A stretch of DNA of 63,928 nt, filler included, from Octopus bimaculoides (GCF_001194135.2; 5 parts of 5 records of this genome joined end to end with filler, not necessarily neighbours in it); one strand, 5' to 3'; numbered from the whole stretch's first letter, positions 1 to 14,254 are shown. Made by a program: numbers and translations. Notes: generated by a model not told the origin, from the letters alone.

Positions 1-31
<31 letters not shown>

Positions 32-658
32 AAAGGCAGTGCGGCGTTTCTGAGACTGACTGTTCTTTTTAGCTGCTCAAAGACGTTCCTGTAACAGGGT
101 CTCCTTCTGTTTATATGCAAAACTTTGGTGTATGTTTGTGTGTGTGTTGTATTGTTTGTTGTTTGTGCATGCGTGTGTGCATGCATACGTGTGTGTGTGT
201 GTGTGTGTGTTGATGAGTCAGCGCATGCTGTATTCAGATGTCTTTATATTGCTGTATGTATGTGTGTGTGTGTATGTGTGTTTATATTTGTTAGTGTAGT
301 AGCGGGGGGTGGGGAAGATAAGGATAATAATAATAATAATAATAATAATAATAGTAGTAGTAGTAGTAGTGTGGTTATGGTGGTTACTGCATTTGTTGTT
401 TTGGTTATGGTGGTAATTGTAGCAGTAGTAGTGGTGATGTTGGTAGCTGTAATGCTGTAGCTTTCATTAGTAGTAGCTGTGATAGTAGAAGAGTTATGGT
501 GGTAGTAGTAGCAACAGCAGCAGTATGAGGTGAGGTGTTCACATTGGCAGCTCAACAGCCTAACAGTTGTATTACTAGTTTACTAACCTAAGTATTGTCT
601 TGGTCTCCCACCTCCACCTCCACATGTGTGAGTATATATGTGTGTGTTTATATATATC

Positions 659-1009
659 ATCATCATCGTTTAACGTCCGCTTTCCATGCTAGCATGGGTT
701 GGATGATTTGACTGAGGACTGGTGAAACCGGATGGCAACACCAGGCTCCAGTCCGATTTGGCAGAGTTTCTACAGCTGGATGCCCTTCCTAACGCCAACC
801 ACTCAGAGAGTGTAGTGGGTGCTTTTACGTGTCACCCGCACGAAAACGGCCACGCTCGAAATGGTGTCTTTTATGTGCCACCCGCACAAGCCAGTCCAGG
901 GGCACTGGCAACGATCTCGCTCGAAAATCCTACAGGAGCCAGTCAGGCGGTACTGGCAACGGCCACGCTCAAAATGGTGCATCTCGTGTNNNNNNNNNNN
1001 NNNNNNNNN
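659..1009 (-). mobile_element. SINE/LINE-tail family D ending in (GAT)n
   Basis: catcatcgtttaacgtccgctttccatgctagcatgggttgg.... Copies at 8598, 13318, 13838, 23568, 25290, 33157 and 33700. Confidence 0.85.
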
Positions 1010-1034
1010 NNNNNNNTTCTCACGCACAGCCCAT

Positions 1035-1473
1035 TTATATATATATGTAAAACAAATAAATGAGTATATGCATATATACGTACAGGTATGTGCATACCTA
1101 CGTCTACCTGTATATATAGGTGTATATCTGGGTACAGGACGTTGCAAACAAAACGTAGACAAAAACAATCATTAAACCCAGAGTACAGAAAACACACAGG
1201 CCACATAAAGAACATTTTCCTTCATCAGCTACCCCCATTCTAACACAGGCATTTCGAAGAGTAGGGCATATATATATATATAAAACAAATAATAAATGAG
1301 TATATGCATATATACGTACAAATATGTGCATACCTACATCTACCTGTGTATATAAGTGTATACCTGGGTACAGGACATTTCAAACAAAACGTAGACAAAA
1401 AAATAATAATAACCAGAGTACAGAAAACACACAAGCCACATAGAGAACATTTTCCTTCATCAGCTACCCCCAT

Positions 1474-1476
<3 letters not shown>
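1035..1476. repeat. Tandem duplication of a ~235-bp interspersed repeat; inverted diverged copy at ~9300-9530
   Basis: aaatgagtatatgcatatatacgtac...ccttcatcagctacccccattct occurs twice. Confidence 0.8.
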
Positions 1477-1530
<54 letters not shown>

Positions 1531-1574
1531 NNNNNNNNNNNNNNNNNNNNNNNNNNNNNNNNNNNNNNNNNNNN

Positions 1575-1613
<39 letters not shown>

Positions 1614-2227
1614 TAGTGTGATATACATAGCTATTTTTACATATATGTATGTATGTTAGTGTATATACACAGCTATTTATATATATATATTTTATCCTAT
1701 TTTAAAATTGTAAATATACACACACACACACACACACACACACTCGAACATTAGGCCTCACTGAGGCAATGACTAGTGACTGAGACCTTTGGAAAAGTAT
1801 ATGCTGTGTGTGAGAAGACCCCTCAAGACAAGTGAGACCAATGGTAAATTCATATCCTGGAACCACAGGTGGTCTTGGACAGGTTTGTGTCAGGAGGGTT
1901 AATGCAGTATATTCTATAATGGTGTATTGTTCTTAATGCCAACCCTAGCTTGTCATACGAGTCAGCTATTTTATTCTGTGCCTTTGCATGTCGAAACGCT
2001 GAGGAGAATTTTGTTTATGGAAGACATAAACATCGGTGTTGAAGCGGTGTGTATGGTCATAGACACACACACACACGCGTGCATGCCACACATACGCACA
2101 CAGGCAGGTAGAGTCATACTCACGTAGGCAGACTCACACATGCACAGAGTTCCTCTTATATGTACGCAAGCAGACACACACGAACGCATGCACACATTTC
2201 CTCTCATACACACACGCGGGGACACAC

Positions 2228-2716
2228 AGTGTTGGTGACATGTAAAAGTCACCTGTGCCAATGACATGTAAGAGGCACCCATGCCGGTGATATATGAGAG
2301 GCATCTGTGTTGGTGACATGTTAGAGGCATTTGTGCTGGTGACACATAAAAAGCACCTGTACTTATGACATGTAAAGGGCACCTGTACCGGTGAAACTTA
2401 AAGGGCACCTGTGCCGGTGACTCAAAAGAGGCACCCATGCTGAGGATACATAAAGGGCACCTGTGTTGGTGACGCATTAAGGGCACCTGTGTCAGTGACA
2501 AATAAGTGGCACCTGTGCCGGTGATACATAGAAGGTGCTAGTGTTACGTAAAAGGCACTTGTGCTCGTGACACATAAGAGGCACTTGTGCCAGTGACATG
2601 TAGAGGGCACCTGTGCTGGGGATACGTAAAGGGCTCCCGTACCAGTGACACATAAAAGGAACCTGTGCCAGCGACATGTAGAAGGCAGCCGTGCTGGTGA
2701 CCCGTACAAGGCACTC
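2228..2716 (+). repeat. 26-bp degenerate minisatellite (~19 units, cacctgtgccggtgacacataaaggg)
   Basis: Unit starts at 2250, 2276, 2302 and onward to 2686, with one 20-bp unit at 2536. Confidence 0.9.
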
Positions 2717-2821
2717 CACTACGCTCTTGGAGAGGTTAGTGTTGAGAAGAGCATCCAGCCAAAACAGACTGGAACCTGGTACAACTCTTTGGCTTACCAA
2801 TCCCACTCAAACCATCTAACC

Positions 2822-3122
2822 CAGGGGTTTTCAAACTGTGGTCTGCGGACCACAGGGGGTCCGCAAGAACAAGACAGGGGGGTCTGTGGACTGCAAATAC
2901 ATTTTATGGGCAATTTGATTTTATATATGTTTTTTTAATCGAAATCTTTTAATTGACAATAAACCTATTCTGTTAAATACTGTTAAATGAATAAATGTAA
3001 AAAATATATATTATTTTAAGCAAATATTTATGTATAAATTTCATAAGCGTTTATAGGGGGGTCCCTAAGGTAAAGCCTGAAATATAAAGGGGTCCGCAAG
3101 TCAAAAAGTTTGAAAACCCTTG
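2822..3122. mobile_element. hAT (Charlie-like) MITE inserted in a SINE 3' end
   Basis: 16-bp TIR caggggttttcaaact/agtttgaaaacccttg. TSD atctaacc/gtctaacc. Confidence 0.85.
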
Positions 3123-3169
3123 GTCTAACCCATGCCAGTATGGAAAATGGATGCTAAATGATGATGATA

Positions 3170-3200
<31 letters not shown>

Positions 3201-3210
3201 CGATGATGAC

Positions 3211-3243
<33 letters not shown>

Positions 3244-5028
3244 ATAGAAATAGAAATAGAAATTTTTTTTTTATGGAAATTGCCCCACAAAAATAATTTT
3301 ATTTTTGATATATCATGATATACCAAGATTGCTGTTTTGGTCCCTCCTGAGGAAAATACCTGACCCTTTGACCTTAGGTAGGAAACAATTGTTACATTTA
3401 TTGTCAGCGTTGTTGTTGTTGTTGTTGTTGGCGTGGCTCACCTGGGAATGATGAGTCATGCAACAAACAAAAGGCTGTCATCTTGTGCACCCCCAGAAAG
3501 ACAATGCCGAAATGAAATGTCCAATACTGGTGACCTTTGGGATGGGTAGAGCCAGTGACCTTTCCTCACCTGGGTGTGTTTGTATGCTTTGAGGCGGCAT
3601 GTCCAAAATGCAAAAACAACTCTTTCATTCAGAAACAAAGCCCTCCACCATGGACTTGACCCCCTTGCTGAGTCCTACCCTGTTACTATTGTGTTTTTTT
3701 GTTGTCCTTTGTGGTAGTCATGGCCATGGTGGTGATGATGATGATAGTGGTGGTGGTTGTGATGGGGGGTGGGGTGGCTGTGATGAGGACGATGGGGGTG
3801 GTGGTGGGGTGGCTGTATGTCAGACTGCTAACTATAAACATACTTGCTGCTCCTTGTTACTGGTTGTCAGTTTGTACCCTCCTGGGTCAGTGATATTCTA
3901 TTGTGTTGGAATGAACCCCACTCCACACCACACCTCTCTCCCCCCTCACATGCCCTCTTCATTCCAACCCCTTGTTTAACTTTCCTTGTTTCTGTCCCCA
4001 TCCTGACTTAAACCAACTGACCCCTAAATCATTCCCTTTGCAATGTAGATGTTGTTGTTGTTGTTTAACCCCAGGTCAGTCCTGATCCAGGCAGACCTAT
4101 GATCAAAGATTTTCCATTTGTGACCATCCCATCTTTTATTCAGGCATAGTGTATCTAGGACAATAATCTAAATGCTAAAGGGTTTTATTGGGGCTTTGTC
4201 CCTTTTTTTCCTTGTCTGGCCAGTGACATGGCAACCCCACGAGTGCCGGTGGCATGAAAATAAAAAAGCTTCCAGTACCCTCCGTAAAGTGGCTGGCAAT
4301 TAGGAATTCGGAAGGGCATCCGGCTTTGGAAACCACGCCAGGGCAAACATTGGAGCTTGAGACAGTCCTGCAGCTTGTTGGATCCNNNNNNNNNNNNNNN
4401 NNNNNNNNNNNNNNNNNNNNNNNNNNNNNNNNNNNNNNNNNNNNNNNNNNNNNNNNNNNNNNNNNNNNNNNNNNNNNNNNNNNNNNNNNNNNNNNNNNNN
4501 NNNNNNNNNNNNNNNNNNNNNNNNNNNNNNNNNNNNNNNNNNNNNNNNNNNNNNNNNNNNNNNNNNNNNNNNNNNNNNNNNNNNNNNNNNNNNNNNNNNN
4601 NNNNNNNNNNNNNNNNNNNNNNNNNNNNNNNNNNNNNNNNNNNNNNNNNNNNNNNNNNNNNNNNNNNNNNNNNNNNNNNNNNNNNNNNNNNNNNNNNNNN
4701 NNNNNNNNNNNNNNNNNNNNNNNNNNNNNNNNNNNNNNNNNNNNNNNNNNNNNNNNNNNNNNNNNNNNNNNNNNNNNNNNNNNNNNNNNNNNNNNNNNNN
4801 NNNNNNNNNNNNNNNNNNNNNNNNNNNNNNNNNNNNNNNNNNNNNNNNNNNNNNNNNNNNNNNNNNNNNNNNNNNNNNNNNNNNNNNNNNNNNNNNNNNN
4901 NNNNNNNNNNNNNNNNNNNNNNNNNNNNNNNNNNNNNNNNNNNNNNNNNNNNNNNNNNNNNCACACTCTATCACAAGTGCGACACAAGTGTGCATGCATG
5001 CACTCCTCACGGATGTTCTTGCGCACAT

Positions 5029-5062
<34 letters not shown>

Positions 5063-5899
5063 CCACATGTGACACTCACACACACTCCTGCTCACACTTG
5101 CTTACACAATCACACACACACACACACACACATGCACTCAGATACATCCTCACGAACACACACACACATACACATGCTCACTGTCATGTGTTCATACACA
5201 AACACTCACACATTAATACTCACTCATACCACCATACAATTAAACACAGCCACTTATTTAAGCACCCAAACACACACTCATACTCACACTCATATCTGTC
5301 CCCCCCCAACTCATACAATCAAACACAATCGCTCAGTTCAGCACCTAGACACACCCTTATAAACACACACGCACACACACACACTCAGGCATAGCCCACA
5401 AAGGCCTCTCTCTCTCTCTTTCTCTCTGGCACAGTAACACATATTTTTAATTCTGTTGTTATCAACAATTGTTGCCTTGGTTACCAAATAACTTGTGAAT
5501 CAACCCAGTCCATAACAAAAGAATGTGTCACAGTAGACACAGACCTGTGAGGAAAGACAATCGATTTGTGACCACCCCCATTTAGCTTGTGGTGTATCAA
5601 AGGACCTAAGCTGACAAACTTGTGACCATCCTGTCTCGTGTACTGGATTGGGCTGCTGCAATCCAGCAGAGATTTGGATAAAGCCAATCAAACCATGACA
5701 GGCCAGTCCTAATCTGCAGTAATTAACCCCCTTCATATTTAAACTGGCCAAATCCTGTCGAATAATTTTACCTGTTTTATGTTGAAACCAGCCAGATCTG
5801 GCCTCTCACACCTACCCTCTAATGCCCTTCTAAAAATAAACTTAATTCAAAACAATTGATATGAATTAATGAGCATTACATTTGAGAGAATAATCTAAA

Positions 5900-6278
5900 T
5901 TGTTGTTGTTGTTGTTGGTACTCCGTCGCTTACGACGACGAGGGTCCCAGTTGATCCGATCAACGGAACAGCCTGCTCGTGAAATTAACGTGCAAGTGGC
6001 TGAGCACTCCAGAGACACGTGTACCCTTAACGTAATTCTCGGGGATATTCAGCATGACACAGTGTGACAAGGCTGACCCTTTGAATTACAGGCACAACAG
6101 AAACAGGAAGTAAGAGTGAGAGAAAGTTGTGGTGGAAGAGTACAGCAGGGTTCACCACCATCCCCTGCCGGAGCCTCGTGGAGCTTTTAGGTGTTTTCGC
6201 TCAATAAACACTCACAACGTCCGGTCTGGGAATCGAAACCGCGATCCTATGACCGCGAGTCCGCTGTCCTAACCACTG
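5900..6278 (-). mobile_element. SINE family B, reverse copy
   Basis: Reverse complement of 45622-46003. Confidence 0.88.
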
Positions 6279-6768
6279 TGTATTTATGTATTTATGTTTG
6301 TCTCCCTCCCCCCTGACTCGCACGTGCAATTGTTTGTCAGCCCCAGTGTGAGTTTGTTTACATCCTGTAAGTTAGCATCCCGTTACCAGACTTTAAAAAA
6401 AGACAAGTGCCGAGGTTTTCTGTCATTTTGTTTTACTAAAAACTATTCAAGGAGATGCCCCAGCATGGCCGCAGTCAATGAAACAAGGATAGAAGATTAA
6501 AACAAAATATATTTTCATTCTCCTGTTGATTTCCATAGTAATTATTGTGGTTTTATCATAGGTTCCTTGAAGATTTTGATAACAATATCCAGAACTTCGG
6601 TTTTAATTAGGCGCAAATCGATGACTAATTTTAAATAAAGATTTGGCTAATTTTGTTAACATCTGTGATTATAATAAATAGCTTTCACTCTATGTGCAAA
6701 TATACATGCTGGTATATACATTTAGAAGTGTTACTAGTCAGTGTGTATATATAATATATATATATATA

Positions 6769-7142
6769 GGCGCGGGAGTGGCTGTGTGGTAAGTAGCGAG
6801 CTTACCAACCACATGGTCCCGGGTTCAGTCCCACTGCGTGGCATCTTGGGCAAGTGTCTTCTACTATAGCCTCGGGCTGACCAAAGCCTTGTGAGTGGAT
6901 TTGGTAGACGGAAACTGAAAGAAGCCCGTCGTATATATATATATATATGTATGTGTGTCTGTCCCCCAACATCGCTTGACAACCAATGCTGTTATGTTTA
7001 TGTCCCCGTAACTTAGCGGTTCGGCAATAGAGACCGATAGAATAAGTACTAGGCTTCTAAAGAATAAGTCCTGGGGTCGATTTGCTCGACTAAAGGCGGT
7101 GCTCCAGCATGGCCACAGTCAAAAGACTGAAACAAGTAAAAA
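6769..7142 (+). mobile_element. SINE family A (tRNA-like head, CORE-like block, internal TA microsatellite)
   Basis: Head ggagtggctgtgtggtaag...ggttcagtccc, tail gaaacaagtaaaa. Further copies or fragments near 12560, 14840, 16461, 16775, 19680, 31806, 35345, 42600 and 53130. Confidence 0.85.
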
Positions 7143-7608
7143 AAAAAAAAGAATATGTATATATATATATGCACGTGTGTATGTATATACACACAAAGTA
7201 CGGGGGTTTAGTTTGCAGGTGATCTAAACGATTAGGTATGCTAGGTAAGTACTGTAAAGGATTACTGGGGCTCCAAGGTTATAGCTAGGATGGTAGTTAT
7301 GGAGCCATACATATATATGTATATATATGTATATATACACATACACGTGTGTGTGGATATAAGTGCTTGCCTTTAACTATTTTATTTTGTGTGCTGTGTG
7401 TGAGTATATATGTAAGTGCATGCATTTAACTATTCTGTTGTGTGTGTGTGTGTACACACACACATATATGTAATGTTTGGTTTGGAATATAAAGTACTTT
7501 TATGAAATTCATAAATATTTGTGTGTGTATATATGTATGCTTGTATATATATATATATGTATACACACACATGTGTGAAAGTACTTTTGTAAAACTCCTA
7601 AGTGTATG

Positions 7609-7641
<33 letters not shown>

Positions 7642-7648
7642 CACACAT

Positions 7649-7719
<71 letters not shown>

Positions 7720-8795
7720 CACATACATATATCAGAAACCTATTTTTCATTTGTTTTGGCCAAGAAACAATTGATTGGTATGTTTCAAAAATGCAGCCAG
7801 TGTAATGTAGCTATATACACACATACATATATACATACGTACATCTGTCTGTCTGTCCATGCATATATGTGTGTGGTGTATGTATATATATATTTTTTTT
7901 ATTTATTAATCTTTCTCTCTCATCATTATATCTGATGTTGTTAGCTTCTGCATTGGAATCAATGTTTGGCAACATACAGAACCATCGTTACCAAAGCCCC
8001 ATGTGAAGGGAGACTAGCTTTGGCACGTCGGTCTCCCTCCCTTCCAGGCACGCCCTCCCCTCCGTAGAGGTGCGGGATAAAGAAACAACAGTGGGAGATA
8101 GACCAGTCAGAACTGTCTTCTTTTTTTTATCTTTTCACTTGATTCAGCCATTGGACTGTGGCCATGCTGGTGCAACCACCTTGAAGAGTCTTAGCGTATG
8201 GGTCTCGTTTGCTGGGGATGTAAACAAACCGATGCGGTTGTCAGGCATTGAATGGTTGGGAGAAACTTAGACACCAAAACACACACAAGCGTGTGTGTGT
8301 GTGTGTATAAATTAAAGGAAATGGAAAACAAAACGAAGGCGGGATAAGCTTATCAGGTCATTTTAATTATTTTAATGGTGAATTTAAATGATTTGATAAG
8401 CTTGTGTGGCCTTGGTTTTGTGTTTTGTTTTTTCTCCTTTAATTTATACCTGCTGACTCAGAAGTAGGCTACAGATCTCCAACTTCAGCCCCCTGGTGTG
8501 AACTTGGGTCCTAGTAGCTTATCAATTGGAGCACTCATGCAGCGTACCTATTAGTTTAGATCACCAGTGGCCTAAGCCCTTTCGTATTCTGTGTGTATCA
8601 TCATCATCATCGTTTAACGTCCGCTTTCCATGCTAGCATGGGTTGGACGATTTGACTGAGGACTGGTGAAACCGGATGGCAACACCAGGCTCCAGTCTGA
8701 TTTGGCAGAGTTTCTACAGCTGGATGCCCTTCCTAACGCCAACCACTCAGAGAGTGTAGTGGGTGCTTTTATGTGTCACCCGCACGAAAACGGCC

Positions 8796-8895
8796 NNNNN
8801 NNNNNNNNNNNNNNNNNNNNNNNNNNNNNNNNNNNNNNNTTAATTAATTAANNNNNNNNNNNNNNNNNNNNNNNNNNNNNNNNNNNNNNNNNNNN
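8796..8895. other. Assembly spacer, 44 N + TTAATTAATTAA + 44 N (also 16361, 23463, 51049)
   Basis: The same 100-bp pattern occurs at four positions. Confidence 0.9.
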
Positions 8896-10065
8896 TATAT
8901 ATATATATATGCCTCTCCCCTTCACTACTATTTCTCTCTCTCTCTCTCTCTCTTTCTCCCTGTCTCTCGTTGCTCACCTATGTTCAACTTCCTCCCCCTT
9001 TTTTCTCTCTCTGCCACTCTGTCTCCTTGCCCCTCGCTGGTCACATGTGACCGGCTACTACTTCCTTTCTTCTCTTAGCCACTTCCAAGATAGCACGAAC
9101 TTTCTTCTCTCTCCAGTTCGTCACATCACAGTGTTTAGTATACAGATATTTGTTCCCGTCTGGCCTACAGCCCTTCTTGTTTATTTTCTCTGTTTCGTTT
9201 TCCTGTCGTGTTTTCTGTTTGCCACGTAATTCCTCCGCATTACAAATTTAATTTAATTTAATTTGTTTCCGCGGGAAGAACTATTCTCACCATGCGTCTT
9301 GCCCTAATTCTTCGAAACGCTTAATTTAGAATAGGGGCAGCTGATGAAGGAAATGTTCTCTATGTGGCCTGTTTGTTTTCTGCGCCCTGTTTATGTTCTG
9401 TTTTTCATTTTGTCCACGTTTTTTTGTGACGTCCTGTACCCAGATATGCATCTATATATACATGTAGATGTAGGTATGTACATACATGTACGTAAATATG
9501 TATATACTCACATATTATTTTTATTATATATATATTGTGAAGGCGCATGGCTCAGTGAGATTTAATGATTTGCTCAAGAACACAACACACCACCTATTCT
9601 AGGAATTGAAAGTATGATTTCACGATAGTCAGTGCAATGCCGTATTCGCTGGGCCATGCATCCTCGACAGTAGTATAATAGTGAGCTAGAAAAGTTGGGA
9701 TGGACAAAGTCAAATGATCAATCAGTACTTGAAACTATTGGTAAATGATTGTTCTTTTTGGATGAAGATGGGCCAACTGTTATCTGAAGTTTAAAGTTAA
9801 GTTTAGGTTAACTTACTAAATGTATTGAACTAAAGCTAGGTTATGCAGTTAATGGAGACTAATTTTAGCTGTGATATGTAATCAACATGAATTAATTGAT
9901 ACTAGTTGTATGATCAATATCGTTGATTGATGTTCGACTGACAAACTGACAAACTGGACTGCTTCTGATAAATTGATTTTTTGTTGTTTTTTATTCATTT
10001 GCCTAGTTATTTATTTTTTTTTTCCTTTTGAGATTTCACTCCATGATAATATAAAAGGATTGGAT

Positions 10066-10614
10066 GGATCTTTTTTAAAACGGGGGCCACATTTTTCATT
10101 AACGTTTTACGTAGTGTTTTTGGTACCGAAAGACTTTCAAACTTCGTATACTTATCTATTTTGTGTTATAGAACAGAAAAATATTTTTGTATTCGAATTT
10201 ATTTCATGTAAAAAATTGTCTTATTTCGATAATTTCAACCAATCACTGACGTCCATTCAGCCGATATACATTAAGTGCCGACTACATAAACAAACGATTC
10301 TTCGTTTTATTTGCTTTTTTCATTTTAAATTTGATTTAACCCTAACCCTAACACTAACCCTAGGGTTAGGGTTAATTGTTTCAGAATCGTTTGTTTATGT
10401 AGTCGGTACTTAATGTATATCGGCTGAATGGACGTCAGTGATTGGTTGAAATTACAGAAATACGACAACTTTAACATGGAATAATTTATGGATTTCTTTT
10501 TTTTTTTTAGAAGACTAAGAGAAAAAGATGTTTTATATGACACATTCTACCAGTGTTCCAAGTTTCAAAGTGTTTCGTTAATGAAAAATGTGGCCCCCGT
10601 TTTAAAAAAGATCC
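10066..10614. mobile_element. Foldback MITE with telomere-repeat centre
   Basis: Perfect 39-bp TIR starting GGATC, perfect 8-bp TSD gattggat, internal ~70-bp inverted repeat. Confidence 0.85.
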
Positions 10615-11363
10615 GATTGGATCTCAGTCAACCACTGTAATTGTATCAACAGCTGTTACTTTCACTGTTTAGTTTTGTATATCACTTGTTGATTTATAAA
10701 TGATGAAAATACTTTTATATAACTTGATAGTGGGAATAATACAATAGGAATAGGTGCAGGCAATAAAATGTTCAGAATCTGTTAAAATAATCCTTAATCT
10801 GATAACAGAGGTATATCAGTAGCATGCTTAAGGCAGCAAGATAGTAGAATTATCAACAAGTCAGACAAAATGCTTAGTTGCATTTCTTCCACTTCTATAG
10901 GTCCAAGGTTCAAATTCTGCTGAGGTCAACTTTGCCTTTCATTCTTTCAAGAGTCAATAGAATAAGTACCGGTTGAACACTGGAATCGGCTTAAACTCTC
11001 CCTTAAAATTGCTGGTCTTGTGCAAAATATTTGAAAACCATATTATAAGTATACTTACTTAACACTATTTCTTTTATATCCTGCCACAGGTTAGTATATA
11101 TAAAATTAGACAGCAGAAGTTTAATCAATGTGTTCACACGACATACTTTGCAAGACTACCAAAGCACTCCAACCACTACTTTTTATAATAGTTCAGCGAG
11201 TCCATTCTTCCAATCCCCCAATGGTGTCAATGACTCTCGCCACAACAGTTTCATTCATTTTTATCACAACGTAGCAAGGCAAAAGTTAAAAATTCATTGG
11301 CCCACTATCAAAAATTAAAGGCAAATTTTTGACGATACACTGTCAAATGCACGTACAAAATAT

Positions 11364-11398
<35 letters not shown>

Positions 11399-11860
11399 TT
11401 TCAGCTTAGAGCTGCGGCCATGCTGATGCACTATTTTAAAAAGTAAATAATAGGCATTTGATGAAATACAATCAGTGAATTTCCTTTGTCTTTCATAAGT
11501 TGTAGAAAGAATATCTTATTGATGGAATTGTGCTTGACTCGGATTCTAAATTCTCAACAGCTTATATGGTTGATTTTTGTTCTTATAATTTTAACAGCAG
11601 AAATATGCAGCTGTTAAGCCAAGTCATATTTGCTCAGTTTTAGTTAACAGAAATTGTTGCGACCAGATTTTCTCCCTCTTTTCCTAACTGCAATTCTAAA
11701 ACAAAATAATAATAAAGATAAAGAATTGCTACTTGTTCCTTAAAATTAGATTCAAGAGTAGGGCTCACTAGACAACACTGTCAACATTGAACAGACACTA
11801 GTTTTATCAACACGCACACATATACATACATATACGTATGCATGTATGTATGTATGTTTG

Positions 11861-11899
<39 letters not shown>

Positions 11900-12033
11900 C
11901 AAAATGGGACATACATATACATACATACATATATATATGTGTGTATATGTATATATATGTATTATATATATAATATATATGTATGTATATATATATAATT
12001 ATATATATATATGTGTGTGTGTGTGTATATGTA

Positions 12034-12101
<68 letters not shown>

Positions 12102-12107
12102 TATCTC

Positions 12108-12165
<58 letters not shown>

Positions 12166-12865
12166 CAGGCTTCCACACAATTTCCGCCTACCAAATTCAC
12201 TCACAAGATATTGCTCAACGCAAAGCTAAAATTGAAACCACTTACCAAAGGTGCCATGCTGTGGGACTGAACTCATAACCATATGGTAGCAAAACAAGCT
12301 TCTCAAAACTATGCTCACAGTTTCCAAATCTATTACCGAAAGCAGTTGGCTGCCCCTATTTTTGTTCCACTGCAGACAGACAAAAGACTCAGCAGATATG
12401 TTATTTGATTCTTGAAATTTCCTTCTGCTGTTTTCATTGCTTAATTTCGAATTAGTCGTGATGAAAATAAATGATAAAAATATTTTTATATAACATGATA
12501 TGGCAGCCATGAAAATGACATTTAATTCTGGCTGGATTTTTTACAAAACTGAATGAAGCAGGCATGGCTGAATGGTAAGAAGCTTACTTCCCAACCACAT
12601 GGTCACGGGTTCAGTCCCACTGTGTGGCACCTTAGGCAAGTGTCTTCTACTATAAGCCTTAGGCTGGCCAATCTTATGTGAGCGGATTTCATAGAAGGAA
12701 ACTGAAAAAAGCCTGTTTGTATGTTTGTGTCTGTATTTGCCCCCCCCCCCCTGCTTTGACAACTGGTGTTGGTGTGTTTTCATCACCATAACATAGCGAT
12801 TCAACAAAAGAGACTAATGGAATAAACAGTAGGCTTTAAAAAGGGAAAATAGAATATAAGCACAT

Positions 12866-13090
12866 AGGCAGCAAGCTGGCAGAGTGGTTAGCATGCCGGG
12901 CGAAATGCGTAGCAGTATTTCATCTGCCGTTATGTTCTGAGTTCAAATTCCACCAAGGTCGACTTTGCCTTTCATCCTTTCAGAGTCGATAAATTAAGTA
13001 CCAGTTACGCACTGGAGTCGATGTAATCAACTTAATCTCCTTGTCTGTCCCCTCTATGTTTAGCCCCTTGTGAGCAATAAAGAAATAAGA
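12866..13090 (+). mobile_element. SINE family C (short, ~230 bp)
   Basis: gagctggcaga...gagttcaaattc...gactttgcctttcatcc...gcaataaagaaataa. Copies near 10830, 15900, 17152, 17850, 30062, 31570, 41950, 46996 and 50220. Confidence 0.85.
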
Positions 13091-14212
13091 ATATAAGCAT
13101 TAGGGTCAATTCATTCAACTAAAACAAATTCTTCAAAGTGGTGCCCCAGCATGACCATGGTCTAATGACTGAAACAAGTAAAAGATGAGAAATGATAAAA
13201 GATACATGTAAAAAAATGTGATGCTAAATCAGTCATGGGCAAACTGTGGCCCGTGGGACTTTTTGAATGGCTCATCTAACAGAAAATTACCTTAAGTGGT
13301 GCAGCCAACCTGATTATGATCCATGTCCACATAAAAAGCACCCACTACACTCTTGGAGTGATCGGTGTTAGGAAGGGCTTCCAGCTGCAGAAACCATGTC
13401 AAACCAGATTGGAACCTGGTGCAGCTCCCCCGCTTACCAGCTTTCAGTCAAACCATCCAACCCATGCCAGCATGGAAAATGGATGTTAAATGATGATGAT
13501 GATGATGATGACGACGACGACGATGTTTCATGTGGCCCAATTCTTGAAGATGGTTACTCGCACCTGTGTTAAATAGCAGTGTAACACAATACAGAATGTG
13601 TAAGACACCTGCAGAGTTTGGTGAGAAATAAGATAAATGTTGTTTATTAGAGGCAAGATTATAAGGTTTCTTACATTGCAGCTGGATATATCAGAAGCAT
13701 TAAATGAAATGTACAAAACAATCAACAGCAATTGTATGGATATATGACTTAAAAGATAACAAATATTTAGTTAAAATTTTTTATGTAATGACAGTGAAGA
13801 ATATTTGTGTAAAAAAGAAATCCAAGAAGACAAAATCATCATCATCATCATCCTCATCATCGTTTAACGTCCGCTTTCCATGCTAGCATGGGTTGGACGA
13901 TTTGATTGAGGACTGGTTAAACTAGATGGCTACACCAGGCTCCAATCTGATTTGGCAGAGTTTCTACAGCTGGATGCCCTTCCTAACGCCAACCACTCCG
14001 AGAGTGTAGTGGGTCGGTACAAAGGCCAGTCAGGTGGTACTGGCAACGGCCACGCTCAAAATGGTGTATTTTTACGTGCCACCTGCACAAGAGTCAGTCC
14101 AGCGGCACTGGCACGATCTTGCTTCAGATGATTATAATTATGTGGTGGTCTTGCAAAAGTTATTCCATATCAAATATATTCAATTATAGAAATCTCTCTC
14201 TTTCTGTCTCTC

Positions 14213-14254
<42 letters not shown>

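Noticed and set aside
1215-1268. Hammerhead ribozyme (CTGATGA and GAAA on the minus strand; also 9300-9350)
   Set aside because: The motifs are in GAAA-first order, and I cannot build both helix III and helix I with an NUH site between them. An Infernal search would be decisive.
2228-2716. CRISPR-like array
   Set aside because: Contiguous degenerate 26-bp units with no unique spacers, no cas genes, and a eukaryotic context.
5481-5751. Overlapping minus-strand ORFs as a coding exon
   Set aside because: No recognisable homology and no compatible acceptor in the donor's frame.
10340-10378. Chromosome end or ancestral telomere fusion
   Set aside because: Only about six repeats, enclosed by TIRs and a TSD, so it is part of a mobile element.
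12226-12510. ORF as the next dynein exon (gtgagc donor)
   Set aside because: Only a weak acceptor gives the required phase, and there is no recognisable dynein motif.
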